Shown in pieces: positions 36,294-44,862 of a DNA stretch of 64,000 bases. Made by a program: the position numbers and the translations under genes. The notes below the pieces were generated by a model. The model was given only the letters and a program-made list of their open reading frames with translations, was not told where the DNA came from and made no database searches. The stretch covers positions 4,630-68,629 of the forward strand of contig JASGGC010000012.1 of the NCBI GenBank assembly GCA_047605185.1, written 5' to 3'. The stretch is from Dysgonomonas sp. GTDB lineage: Bacteria > Bacteroidota > Bacteroidia > Bacteroidales > Dysgonomonadaceae. Each line of letters starts with the position of its first letter. Positions within the stretch are counted from its first letter, which is position 1.

Positions 36294-36992
36294 TTATGTT
36301 ATACTATTTGTATCTATATCGTCAACTATTGATTGTCGATAGATTCGCCCTAGTGGCAATGAAGAACCATCTATAAGAACTATTTGATTATATTTGATTG
36401 ACTTTATATATACTCGTTGTACAGCATAACTCTTATGGATTCGAAGTAGTGTGTGGTAAGGCTCCGAGCGTAAGATGGAAGCTAAATTACCATGTATTGT
36501 TGTTGATGTTTTATTTAGATAAATAATCTTTGTATAATCTTTCATAGCCTCCATATATAAGATGTCGGAGATGTCAATTGCTCCTACCTGTTGTATATTC
36601 AGATCAAATAGCTTTGCTTTGTTATTAGCATCAAGGAAGTTCTTAGCGTACAATACCGTTTCGTTCAGAGCTTCTACTCTTATCGGTTTTGTCAAATAAT
36701 CGAGAGCTTTCAGTTTGAATCCGTCAAGTGCATAGCTGTTATATGCAGATATTAATATCGGGCAGGTAACCTTACTGCGTATTGTTTCTAATAGAGTCAG
36801 TCCATCTATATCAGGCATCCTAATATCACAAAACATAAGATCTACCTGCTTGTTTTTGAGAAAATCTAAAGCAGCTTGTCCAGAAGAGAAAGAGCCCAGA
36901 TGTACTAAGAAAGGATATTTCTTTAAATGTAAATTCAGGAATATCCTATCTAGATCATTATCATCTACAATAATAAAAGAATATGTTTTCAT
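36294..36992 (-). CDS. LytTR-family response regulator
   Basis: 232 aa. The receiver domain has FIIVDDN...DLMFCDIRMPDIDG. The C-terminal LytTR DNA-binding domain has LLRIHKSYAV. Its stop lies 2 nt from the kinase ATG. Confidence 0.9.
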   Translation of the reverse strand: MKTYSFIIVDDNDLDRIFLNLHLKKYPFLVHLGSFSSGQAALDFLKNKQVDLMFCDIRMPDIDGLTLLETIRSKVTCPILISAYNSYALDGFKLKALDYLTKPIRVEALNETVLYAKNFLDANNKAKLFDLNIQQVGAIDISDILYMEAMKDYTKIIYLNKTSTTIHGNLASILRSEPYHTLLRIHKSYAVQRVYIKSIKYNQIVLIDGSSLPLGRIYRQSIVDDIDTNSIT

Positions 36993-37254
36993 TCTTGTAT
37001 TTATTACAACCCTCTTGAGTCTTTTGTTTGCTGGAACTGCAAAAATACATCATTTATTTCGTTGATATACAAATAAGAATAGTTTTTCTAATCTTTCTAT
37101 GTCGTTGGTATAATAAAAACGTAATACATATAATTACACCTTGTGTTCATCTGGCACTAAATATACATTTGCATTCTGTTATTTCACATTACTGTTTTGA
37201 TGACAAATCAAGAAATAAGTGTAGACAGTTAAACCAACAACATAAGACAAACTA

Positions 37255-39219
37255 ATGAGACTACAACAACTTAGACATTTAATATTACTTTTAGGAACTA
37301 TATTTTTATGTACATCGCCCTTGCTCGGGCAAGTGACAATTGGGAGTAGCGCCTCTCCTGTTAGTGGTGCATTACTTCAATTGAAAGAGAATGACTCTAT
37401 ACAAGACAATTCGACTAAGGGGTTATTATTACCTCGTGTTAAACTTACTGATTTATATAATCTTTATCCAATGTTTGCAGAAGATATTTATTACAAGAAA
37501 AACATTGACAATAAAAAAGAAAAGGAAGATTCTATTCATACAGGATTGGTCGTATATAATACAGACGATTGTAGCCTTTATGGCTTCGGTGTATATGTGT
37601 GGAATGGAGAAGAATGGACAATACTGGAAAATAATGCTACACTGAAAGGACTAAATGTTGATAAAACGTTTATTGAGTTTGCGAGTGGTTATGATGCCAG
37701 ACCTATGACTCCCAAAACAATCACTGTCAATTGGGGTATTTCTCCGGCCACATGGACTACCGGTCCTGCCGGTACTGGGAATATCGATATAACAGGTATC
37801 CCTGCCGGTGGCACTCTGTCTAATTCGCCGCAAACGATTACATTATTGGCAGATCCTATAGCTAAGTCTCGTATGGAGTTCCCTTTTAACCAATCGACAC
37901 TCAAGTTGACTGTTCAAAGTGCAGACTGTGGCGGACAAACTAAGGAGGTCTATTTATTGCAAATGAATTATGCTATAGCTATAGGTGATTCAGTCGGGCA
38001 TAGGAAAGTTTTTCACGATTCAAAGAAAAGTCAATTACCTATACAAACGAATGTAGATTGGGTAGTAACAGTGGCGGGCAGCTTGAAAGATCAGGTAGTA
38101 ATCCCTAAATACTCAGGGATTTCCACCGAAACGCCTTATTTTGAGTACACATTACCTAAAAACACAAGAAAATATAATAATCTGGACTTCTTTTTTGTCG
38201 ATAAATACAAAGGGACATCTGCTCAACGTGCAAAAGATTTGACAGTGAATCTTTATGTTTGTGATGGTGTTGAACCTACCGTTGATGAATGGGTCACGAG
38301 AGCTGGCTTTACGGCAGCAGAGGCAGAGTTGGTTACTGATGCTATGGGCAATTCATCTCGGATAACGGATAACGGGATACAACTTCACCGAGATCAGGAT
38401 CAGAATCTTTTTATGTCCGGCGACTTTGGAGTAGCCGGCAGATGGATGCTTATGAGTTTGAGAGCCAAAACGTTTGCTCCAGCAGGTTCACGCACCGGTG
38501 ATGACAAGACAATATTAGCTGAGATGGGTACGATTCCGACTAAAGGCATGGATATGGAAAATAATATAGGTGCACCTTTATGGTGTTATCCTCATAAGGA
38601 GGATGCAACTAATAGTGCACTTTATGATAGCAACTATAGAGTCGGTTTGTTCTATAATTGGGCTGCTGTAACAAATTCGCGGGGAGGAGCTACCGGACAG
38701 TTAATCATTAATGATGGTGAGAATGTTACAGGTGTCACCAGACCCAAAATACAAGGAATCTGTCCCAATGGCTGGCATGTGCCAAATGATGTAGAGTGGA
38801 CTGCACTGGAAAAAGAAATAGAAACAAATGCCAGTCGATATAGCAATAAGCAAGATGGGGATCCAAACTCAGTACAAACTGTAACAACGACTGCATTAAG
38901 TACACCACGCGGAACTGTATTAGCTGGTGCAATGGCTGACGTTTGCCCTATAAACTCTCTTGTATCTTCATACGGGGAATCTCATGTTACGAATGCTGTA
39001 GATACGTATAAACCCGGAATGCAGGTTCTTTATTTAGGTAATTATATGCCAGAATTGGATAGGCTTGGCAATTATGGTAAGACAGCATTTTTTTCTTCCA
39101 GTAGTGCTTCCTCGGCTAACTTTGGATGGAGTAGGCAGCTTACTGAAGGCCTCGCAACAGTAAGCAGAAGTACACTAGTGAAATCTACCCCTGCGTCAGT
39201 TCGATGTATACAAGATTAA
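37255..39219 (+). CDS. FISUMP-domain (Fibrobacter succinogenes major paralogous domain) surface protein
   Basis: 654 aa with a signal peptide and the N-terminal VTIGS...KGLLLPRVKL motif. The C-terminal hallmark is GICPNGWHVPNDVEWTALEKEI. Confidence 0.75.
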   Translation: MRLQQLRHLILLLGTIFLCTSPLLGQVTIGSSASPVSGALLQLKENDSIQDNSTKGLLLPRVKLTDLYNLYPMFAEDIYYKKNIDNKKEKEDSIHTGLVVYNTDDCSLYGFGVYVWNGEEWTILENNATLKGLNVDKTFIEFASGYDARPMTPKTITVNWGISPATWTTGPAGTGNIDITGIPAGGTLSNSPQTITLLADPIAKSRMEFPFNQSTLKLTVQSADCGGQTKEVYLLQMNYAIAIGDSVGHRKVFHDSKKSQLPIQTNVDWVVTVAGSLKDQVVIPKYSGISTETPYFEYTLPKNTRKYNNLDFFFVDKYKGTSAQRAKDLTVNLYVCDGVEPTVDEWVTRAGFTAAEAELVTDAMGNSSRITDNGIQLHRDQDQNLFMSGDFGVAGRWMLMSLRAKTFAPAGSRTGDDKTILAEMGTIPTKGMDMENNIGAPLWCYPHKEDATNSALYDSNYRVGLFYNWAAVTNSRGGATGQLIINDGENVTGVTRPKIQGICPNGWHVPNDVEWTALEKEIETNASRYSNKQDGDPNSVQTVTTTALSTPRGTVLAGAMADVCPINSLVSSYGESHVTNAVDTYKPGMQVLYLGNYMPELDRLGNYGKTAFFSSSSASSANFGWSRQLTEGLATVSRSTLVKSTPASVRCIQD

Positions 39220-39286
39220 ACATTCTTTTTTTGAGAGTTTTGGAACTAATATAAACTTTACAAAATTACAAAATTTGCAAAATTTG

Positions 39287-39317
39287 AAAAACGCTGTCCA
39301 CAAGATGGCGTTTTTTA
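39287..39317 (+). terminator. Rho-independent terminator after the FISUMP gene
   Basis: The stem is cgctgtc / gatggcg, extended by A/T pairs, and is followed by TTTTTTAT. Confidence 0.7.
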
Positions 39318-39664
39318 TACTTTTATCTTCTCTATTTTATTTTTTAGCGTTAATCAAAAAATATATTCGTAGGTATTTTGTGTTGGTTCCTATTGATTCA
39401 GATTTTAAAACGACAAGTTGAAGATGGTCGTCAAAAATAAATTATGCTCCCTTATTTAAGCCTTTTTTTGAGGATGAAATGGTTATTTCTTCATAGAATT
39501 CCCTTAATAGTTTGTTTTTTACCAAAAATGGAGTGTGTTGAACTTCATGTTGCCATAAATTAATACAGTGAAGAATAGTGTTCGGACGGATAATTCTTTA
39601 TTTATTCTCCATTTACGACTACTTTCAATGAGTCGGTACACTTCTATGTAAATTGCATATACAT

Positions 39665-39701
39665 AATAAAATAAAAGAGCTAGATAAAATCTAGCTCTTT
39701 T
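39665..39701 (-). terminator. Terminator immediately downstream of tRNA-Pro
   Basis: aaaagagctag (39673-39683) pairs with ctagctctttt (39691-39701), 11 bp perfect. On the minus strand TTTTATT follows. Confidence 0.75.
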
Positions 39702-39705
39702 ATTG

Positions 39706-39780
39706 TCGGGATAGCGGGATTCGAACCCACGACCCCCTGCTCCCAAAGCAGGTGCGCTAACCGGACTGCGCTACATCCCG
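39706..39780 (-). tRNA. tRNA-Pro (anticodon TGG)
   Basis: The minus-strand sequence CGGGATGTAGCGCAGTCCGGTTAGCGCACCTGCTTTGGGAGCAGGGGGTCGTGGGTTCGAATCCCGCTATCCCGA folds by hand into a cloverleaf. It has a 7-bp acceptor stem, a GCGC D-stem, an anticodon stem CCTGC/GCAGG with loop TTTGGGA, and a T-arm GTGGG-TTCGAAT-CCCGC. CCA is not encoded. Confidence 0.9.
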
Positions 39781-40007
39781 TTCTTTTCGTGATTGCGGTG
39801 CAAAGATACGGTCTTTTTTTAGAATTCAAAATAAAAAAGGAATATTTTTTAATTTTATTTTGTCGCATATAGTTAACCATACAAAATGTCAATAATATGC
39901 ATTATATCCTTGTCGAATTGCTCGTCAAATATTTAGTTAAAAATACAACAGGACATTAGGAGATGTTTTTTTTAGTTATTTTTGTGAAAAATTATCTAAT
40001 AATCAAT

Positions 40008-40715
40008 ATGAACAGAAAATCTTTATTGTTTTTAATCTTATTTGCTGTTACATGTTTCGTTTCAGCCCAAAACATCCAATTACACTTCGACCCACGCCAT
40101 GCTCTTCACAATGATGATTTTAGTAAAAACTATTTTACTACAACATTCGAAATGTTTAAACCTGATAAATGGGGATCTACATTTGGATTTGTCGATTTGG
40201 ATTTCAATCAAAGTCGTGGAAATATAGGCTTGGCCTATATGGAGATAATGAGAGACCAGAATTTAGGTAGTTTACCAATACGTGCTCATGTTGAGTTTAA
40301 TGGTGGATTAGCATCTTGGGGAACAATTCCTAATGCATATCTGGCAGGAGCCTCATATTCAACAAATGTTGGAGGGTTTAATTTAGGTACTTATTTTGCT
40401 TACAAATATCATGCTTTTGCAAGAGTTAGCAACGATGTGCAATGGACAGCTACTTGGGGAGGATCTTTGTTTAATAATAAATTGACAATCTGTGGATTCA
40501 TAGATATATGGACTGAAAATAAGGATAGGAGCCAGGCTAAGACTACTGATGATAAGAAGATTGTATTACTAACAGAACCTCAGTTCTGGTATAATGTTAA
40601 TTCTAATCTGGCTTTTGGAACCGAAATAGAAATTAGTAATAACTTTTTACCCGACTCAAGAGGTAAAGACAAGGCATATGTAAATCCGACTATTGCTGCA
40701 AAATGGACTTTTTAA
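40008..40715 (+). CDS. Outer-membrane beta-barrel protein, possibly a Tsx/OmpK-like nucleoside/nucleobase channel
   Basis: I trimmed the start to ATG 40008 (MNRKSLLFLILFAVTCFVSAQ signal peptide). It has amphipathic beta-strand periodicity and the motif GFVDLDF, and ends ...AAKWTF. It lies 12 nt upstream of an NCS2 purine permease. Confidence 0.55.
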   Translation: MNRKSLLFLILFAVTCFVSAQNIQLHFDPRHALHNDDFSKNYFTTTFEMFKPDKWGSTFGFVDLDFNQSRGNIGLAYMEIMRDQNLGSLPIRAHVEFNGGLASWGTIPNAYLAGASYSTNVGGFNLGTYFAYKYHAFARVSNDVQWTATWGGSLFNNKLTICGFIDIWTENKDRSQAKTTDDKKIVLLTEPQFWYNVNSNLAFGTEIEISNNFLPDSRGKDKAYVNPTIAAKWTF

Positions 40716-40727
40716 TAAATATGACAA

Positions 40728-42098
40728 ATGAATAATTTTTTAGATAAAACATTTAAGCTGACAGAAAATAAAACAACTGTTCGTCGCGAACTGTTGGCAG
40801 GACTTATAACATTTCTTACAATGTCATATATCCTGATTGTTAACCCGAGTATTTTAGGTGCAACAGGCATGGATAAGGGTGCTTTGTTTACAGCAACAGC
40901 ACTGGCAACAATTATAGCAACTCTATTAATGGCTATATTGGCAAAATTGCCGATTGCACAAGCACCGGGCATGGGATTGAATAGTTTCTTTGCATTTTCG
41001 GTTGTTTTAGGAATGGGCTATACATGGCAATTTGCATTGACTGCCGTTTTCATAGAAGGTATTATATTCATATTACTTACATTCTTTAATGTTCGTGAAT
41101 TGATCGTGAAAAGTATTCCCAAAGTGATAAAAGATGCTATACCGGTTGGTATTGGTCTGTTCATTACTTTGATTGGTTTGAAAAATGCAGGAATTGTAGT
41201 TGCAAGTGATGCTACATTGGTCAAACTTGGTGATTTTTCAGAACACAGTATTTGGATTGCTTTCTTGGGACTTCTTATTACCACAGTATTATATGTTCGC
41301 AATGTAAATGGTGCGATTCTGATTGGTATCGTATCAGCAACAGTGTTTGGTATTATATTGGATGTTGCAACCCAACCGGAGGCGCCTTTGGTTGCTTTAC
41401 CGACTTCTTCAATCATAGCTTTACCTCCATCTATCGCTCCAATATTTGGAAAAGCCATCGAACCGATGCTTTCTATAGAAGGATGGAAAAGCATTTTTTC
41501 TCTGAAAATGCTTATCGTTGTGTTTACTTTCTTGTTTGTAAATCTGTTTGATACTGTGGGTACACTTATCGGAGTTGTTTCTAAAGCAGGATTGGCTGAC
41601 GAAGATGGTAATTTTCCTCAAATGAAAAAAGCCTTATTTGCAGATGCTCTTGGTACTACTTTCGGAGCAGTATTAGGAACAAGTACAATCACATCCTACG
41701 TAGAAAGTGCTTCGGGTGTAGCATCAGGTGGTAGAACAGGATTGACTGCAGTTGGTACAGCATTGATGTTTGCTTTAGCTTTGTTCTTGGCGCCATTGTT
41801 CTTGATGGTTCCGGCAGCAGCCACTGCACCGGCACTTATCATTGTTGGTCTATTTATGGTGTCATCAGTTGCTAAGATAAACTTCAACGATATGAGCGAA
41901 GGACTTCCAGCATTCATCACAATGGTATTTATGCCATTCACTTACAGCATTGCAGAAGGTATCGTATTTGGTATGTTGAGCTTTGCTTTCATCAAAGTTT
42001 GCTCAGGACGATTCAAAGATGTCACGGCTACAGTATACGTAATTGCAATATTATTCTTGTTGAAGATAATACTAGATGCAGCACATATAATCGGATAA
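40728..42098 (+). CDS. NCS2-family (AzgA/PbuG-type) adenine/guanine/hypoxanthine permease
   Basis: 456 aa and polytopic. The N-terminus KLTENKTTVRRELLAGLITFLTMSYILIVNPSIL is typical of AzgA-like purine permeases. Confidence 0.85.
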   Translation: MNNFLDKTFKLTENKTTVRRELLAGLITFLTMSYILIVNPSILGATGMDKGALFTATALATIIATLLMAILAKLPIAQAPGMGLNSFFAFSVVLGMGYTWQFALTAVFIEGIIFILLTFFNVRELIVKSIPKVIKDAIPVGIGLFITLIGLKNAGIVVASDATLVKLGDFSEHSIWIAFLGLLITTVLYVRNVNGAILIGIVSATVFGIILDVATQPEAPLVALPTSSIIALPPSIAPIFGKAIEPMLSIEGWKSIFSLKMLIVVFTFLFVNLFDTVGTLIGVVSKAGLADEDGNFPQMKKALFADALGTTFGAVLGTSTITSYVESASGVASGGRTGLTAVGTALMFALALFLAPLFLMVPAAATAPALIIVGLFMVSSVAKINFNDMSEGLPAFITMVFMPFTYSIAEGIVFGMLSFAFIKVCSGRFKDVTATVYVIAILFLLKIILDAAHIIG

Positions 42099-42218
42099 TA
42101 TCTTTTGTCTGAGAACTTTCTTATTTTAGAATGAATTGACAAGATTTACATTAAATTGAAAATTGACTCTATCAAAACTTTGAAAAAAACTATTTAATAT
42201 AACCTAAAATTAAATTTA

Positions 42219-44081
42219 ATGACAATTTCTTCTTACAGATGTTATCTAAAACTTATCTTTTGTTTTAGTTTACTATTGTTTTATGCTTGTGAATATGATA
42301 GTAATGAGATGAATTATCACGAGCTAACACCTCCAGAGAAAGAGGTTTCAGCAACATTTAATTTGGCAGATATACCAGAAGGAAATATGATATATATATA
42401 TAATAATACCTATCTGACATATAATCTAAATGTTTCATCGGGTACAATTATTAATAAAGAATTCTTTCTGAATGGTCAGTCAATTAATAGCTCCAATGGG
42501 TATATTGTGCTATCACCCTCTAAATTACAAGGAAATACAACTAATACAATAAAAGTAAAAGTAAAAACAACATCTGCTACAGGGAGTTTAGCTGAAATAT
42601 TAGGAGGGGAGAAAGACGAGTTTGAATTTAGTTATTCTGTTAAATATGTCAATCCTAATATTGATCTAAACATTCGACAACGAGTAAGTAACGATAAGCA
42701 CTTGGAATTGTATTGGGATAAGCCACAAATAGAGGGCGTGGAAATCGAGAGCTATACAATTTATAATTATAATAATTTTGATGACGTATTAGTGAGTAAA
42801 ATAACAAATCCGGATCAAACTTCGTATGTAGATGAAAATTATGTTTATGGAGTTAAGACTGTCCGGGTAGTGGTCAAATATAAATCAAATGTAATTGCAG
42901 AAAAAGAAGATTTCTATACGATTAAATATGATGAATTCACTTCTAAACATTTTTTGTGTGATATATCTCGTACCGGGGATTTACTAATCTCATGGAATAA
43001 TCCTAATATGTATACTTGTAAATATGTATTTGAAGATAATAAGAATAATAAAACAAATTTAGAGCATGGTATTTCTAACACTATATTTACTGAGTATGCA
43101 TTTCCTCAGGATCAGGAAATGTATTTCAAACTATACATACTACCTGTTAATGCAAATTATTCTGATTATGCTAAATATCCAAGTGTAATTTTTAATTATA
43201 AAGATAAAAATTTGGGATACTCACACTATGGAAACTTAGCAGTTGATGTCACGAATAGTTTGATATTAGGGATTACTCCTTATAATTCATATCAAAACCA
43301 TACTGTAAATGTGTATGACATGGCTAATGATTTCAAATTAATCCAAACAAATCCGGCATATGAATCCGGTAATTATTTTGCCGAAGAAATACTAGCTTCT
43401 AGAAAAGGAAAAATTGGTATTTATTATAGAACGTCAAACAATGGTAGTTTCAGTACATTCTCAAATTATATGTTGAATAGCAAGAAATCTACAGTTAATT
43501 CTGCTTATTGGGTACAACATTATTTAGGAGATAATGATAAATATTTTGTGAATGATCATCAATATTCTCTTCGTATTTATGATATTAATACAGGAAATTT
43601 GATTCTTACTACAACAGAGAATAACAGAGAATTTGGTACTAAAGTTTCTGCTTCTGGTAAATATGTATTTAATGGTCAAAAAGATGATAAATGGTATAAT
43701 TTATATGAATTTGATGGGAATAAATTAAATCTATTAAAAAGTAGCTCTACCGGTCACACTGGCTTATTTTGGTTTAGTCCATATGATGAAAAATTTGCAA
43801 TAATGGAAAAGCCTGATTACACATTTTTAGTTGTGAATGTTCCCGAGTTGACTACTGTAACTAAAATCAATGGGATATTTATGGGATTTGATCCCAGCAC
43901 AGGTAATATTTTGTATAAGGAAAAGGTACAAGGAGATTTTCACTATTTCAGAGTAAGGAATAGTACTTTTGATAAGGATATTTTTCAAATCATCACAAAA
44001 TATGGAAATGATTTACAGCTGATTAATGGCTACCTGTTTTATAACCGATATAATTACATTAATATTTCTAAAGCACTGTGA
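42219..44081 (+). CDS. Hypothetical lipoprotein (Ig/FN3-like N-terminal repeats plus probable C-terminal beta-propeller)
   Basis: 620 aa with the lipobox LLFYAC followed by the acidic EYDSNE, which resembles the Bacteroidota surface-export signal. It is Asn/Tyr-rich and the region is AT-rich. I recognised no family. Confidence 0.6.
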   Translation: MTISSYRCYLKLIFCFSLLLFYACEYDSNEMNYHELTPPEKEVSATFNLADIPEGNMIYIYNNTYLTYNLNVSSGTIINKEFFLNGQSINSSNGYIVLSPSKLQGNTTNTIKVKVKTTSATGSLAEILGGEKDEFEFSYSVKYVNPNIDLNIRQRVSNDKHLELYWDKPQIEGVEIESYTIYNYNNFDDVLVSKITNPDQTSYVDENYVYGVKTVRVVVKYKSNVIAEKEDFYTIKYDEFTSKHFLCDISRTGDLLISWNNPNMYTCKYVFEDNKNNKTNLEHGISNTIFTEYAFPQDQEMYFKLYILPVNANYSDYAKYPSVIFNYKDKNLGYSHYGNLAVDVTNSLILGITPYNSYQNHTVNVYDMANDFKLIQTNPAYESGNYFAEEILASRKGKIGIYYRTSNNGSFSTFSNYMLNSKKSTVNSAYWVQHYLGDNDKYFVNDHQYSLRIYDINTGNLILTTTENNREFGTKVSASGKYVFNGQKDDKWYNLYEFDGNKLNLLKSSSTGHTGLFWFSPYDEKFAIMEKPDYTFLVVNVPELTTVTKINGIFMGFDPSTGNILYKEKVQGDFHYFRVRNSTFDKDIFQIITKYGNDLQLINGYLFYNRYNYINISKAL

Positions 44082-44083
44082 AA

Positions 44084-44785
44084 ATGAAAAAATACATTAT
44101 ATTTATTCTAATATGTATATCTTCAATATCGGCAAATGCCCAATTCAAAATAGAGTATTCTGTTGGATATGGAAGTTATAAAATGGATGATATGAAAGGG
44201 CAGCTCAGCAATATACAAACTGAACTAAAAAAACAATATCCTTTCGATATAGCCATTACTGACAATTTTCCAAACTATGTGACACATAACTTCGGAATAG
44301 TATATATGCAGGATAAACATGAATTCGGGGCTAATTTGACCTATCAAACAACGGCCGGAAGGCTTGCTTATTCAGACTATTCGGGTGAGATTGTTGATAA
44401 ATTATCACTTAATGCTTATCGTATAGGTTTATTATATCGTTACCATTTCTATCAAATTGAGTTTAGTGATAAAACTAATATCTCCTTTTATGGAGAATTA
44501 TCACCCGGTATGACATTAAATAGTTTGAAAACGAAGGGGCATGTCAAAGTCGGAAATGATCAAAAAGATCTAGATGATAGATATAAATTGAATTCGAATA
44601 TGGTCGGATTTTCTGTTCTACCCCAATTAGGAGTTAATTTGAATCTCCCCTATGGTATAGGTGCTCATCTCAGCGGAGGGTATGACGTTGATATGGGGGC
44701 TAGTCTGAAGGGAAATAAAGATGTGAAAGTTGATTGGTCAGGACTGCGTATCAGCGGAGGTGTATCTTATCAATTACCATTCTAA
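44084..44785 (+). CDS. Small outer-membrane beta-barrel protein
   Basis: The track start is a GTG at 44078 that overlaps the upstream stop. The ATG at 44084 gives MKKYIIFILICISSISANAQ. The protein ends ...GGVSYQLPF with terminal Phe. Confidence 0.7.
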   Translation: MKKYIIFILICISSISANAQFKIEYSVGYGSYKMDDMKGQLSNIQTELKKQYPFDIAITDNFPNYVTHNFGIVYMQDKHEFGANLTYQTTAGRLAYSDYSGEIVDKLSLNAYRIGLLYRYHFYQIEFSDKTNISFYGELSPGMTLNSLKTKGHVKVGNDQKDLDDRYKLNSNMVGFSVLPQLGVNLNLPYGIGAHLSGGYDVDMGASLKGNKDVKVDWSGLRISGGVSYQLPF

Positions 44786-44804
44786 TAAACAAAAAATAAA
44801 TTAT

Positions 44805-44846
44805 AAAAAGGAGATATCTTATGAATGGAGATATCTCCTTTTTTTA
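44805..44846. terminator. Bidirectional terminator between convergent genes
   Basis: aaaaaggagatatc pairs with gagatatctccttttt, with an A-run before the hairpin and a T-run after it. Confidence 0.8.
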
Positions 44847-44862
44847 TCAATAAATATAATCA

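Noticed and set aside
39259-39290. Short tandem A-rich repeats (tacaaaat tacaaaat ttgcaaaat ttgaaaaa) just before the FISUMP gene terminator.
   Set aside because: This is low-complexity AT-rich sequence of three or four imperfect 8-9-mers that merges into the A-tract of the terminator stem. It shows no CRISPR-like spacing or length.
39519-39892. ORFs 39519..39746 and 39680..39892 on the minus strand.
   Set aside because: Both run through the tRNA-Pro gene and its terminator, so they are artefacts of the GC-rich tRNA sequence.
39781-40007. Purine riboswitch upstream of the barrel / NCS2 permease pair.
   Set aside because: No three-way-junction purine element is recognisable: I saw no conserved loop-loop motifs or a U/C-discriminating junction.
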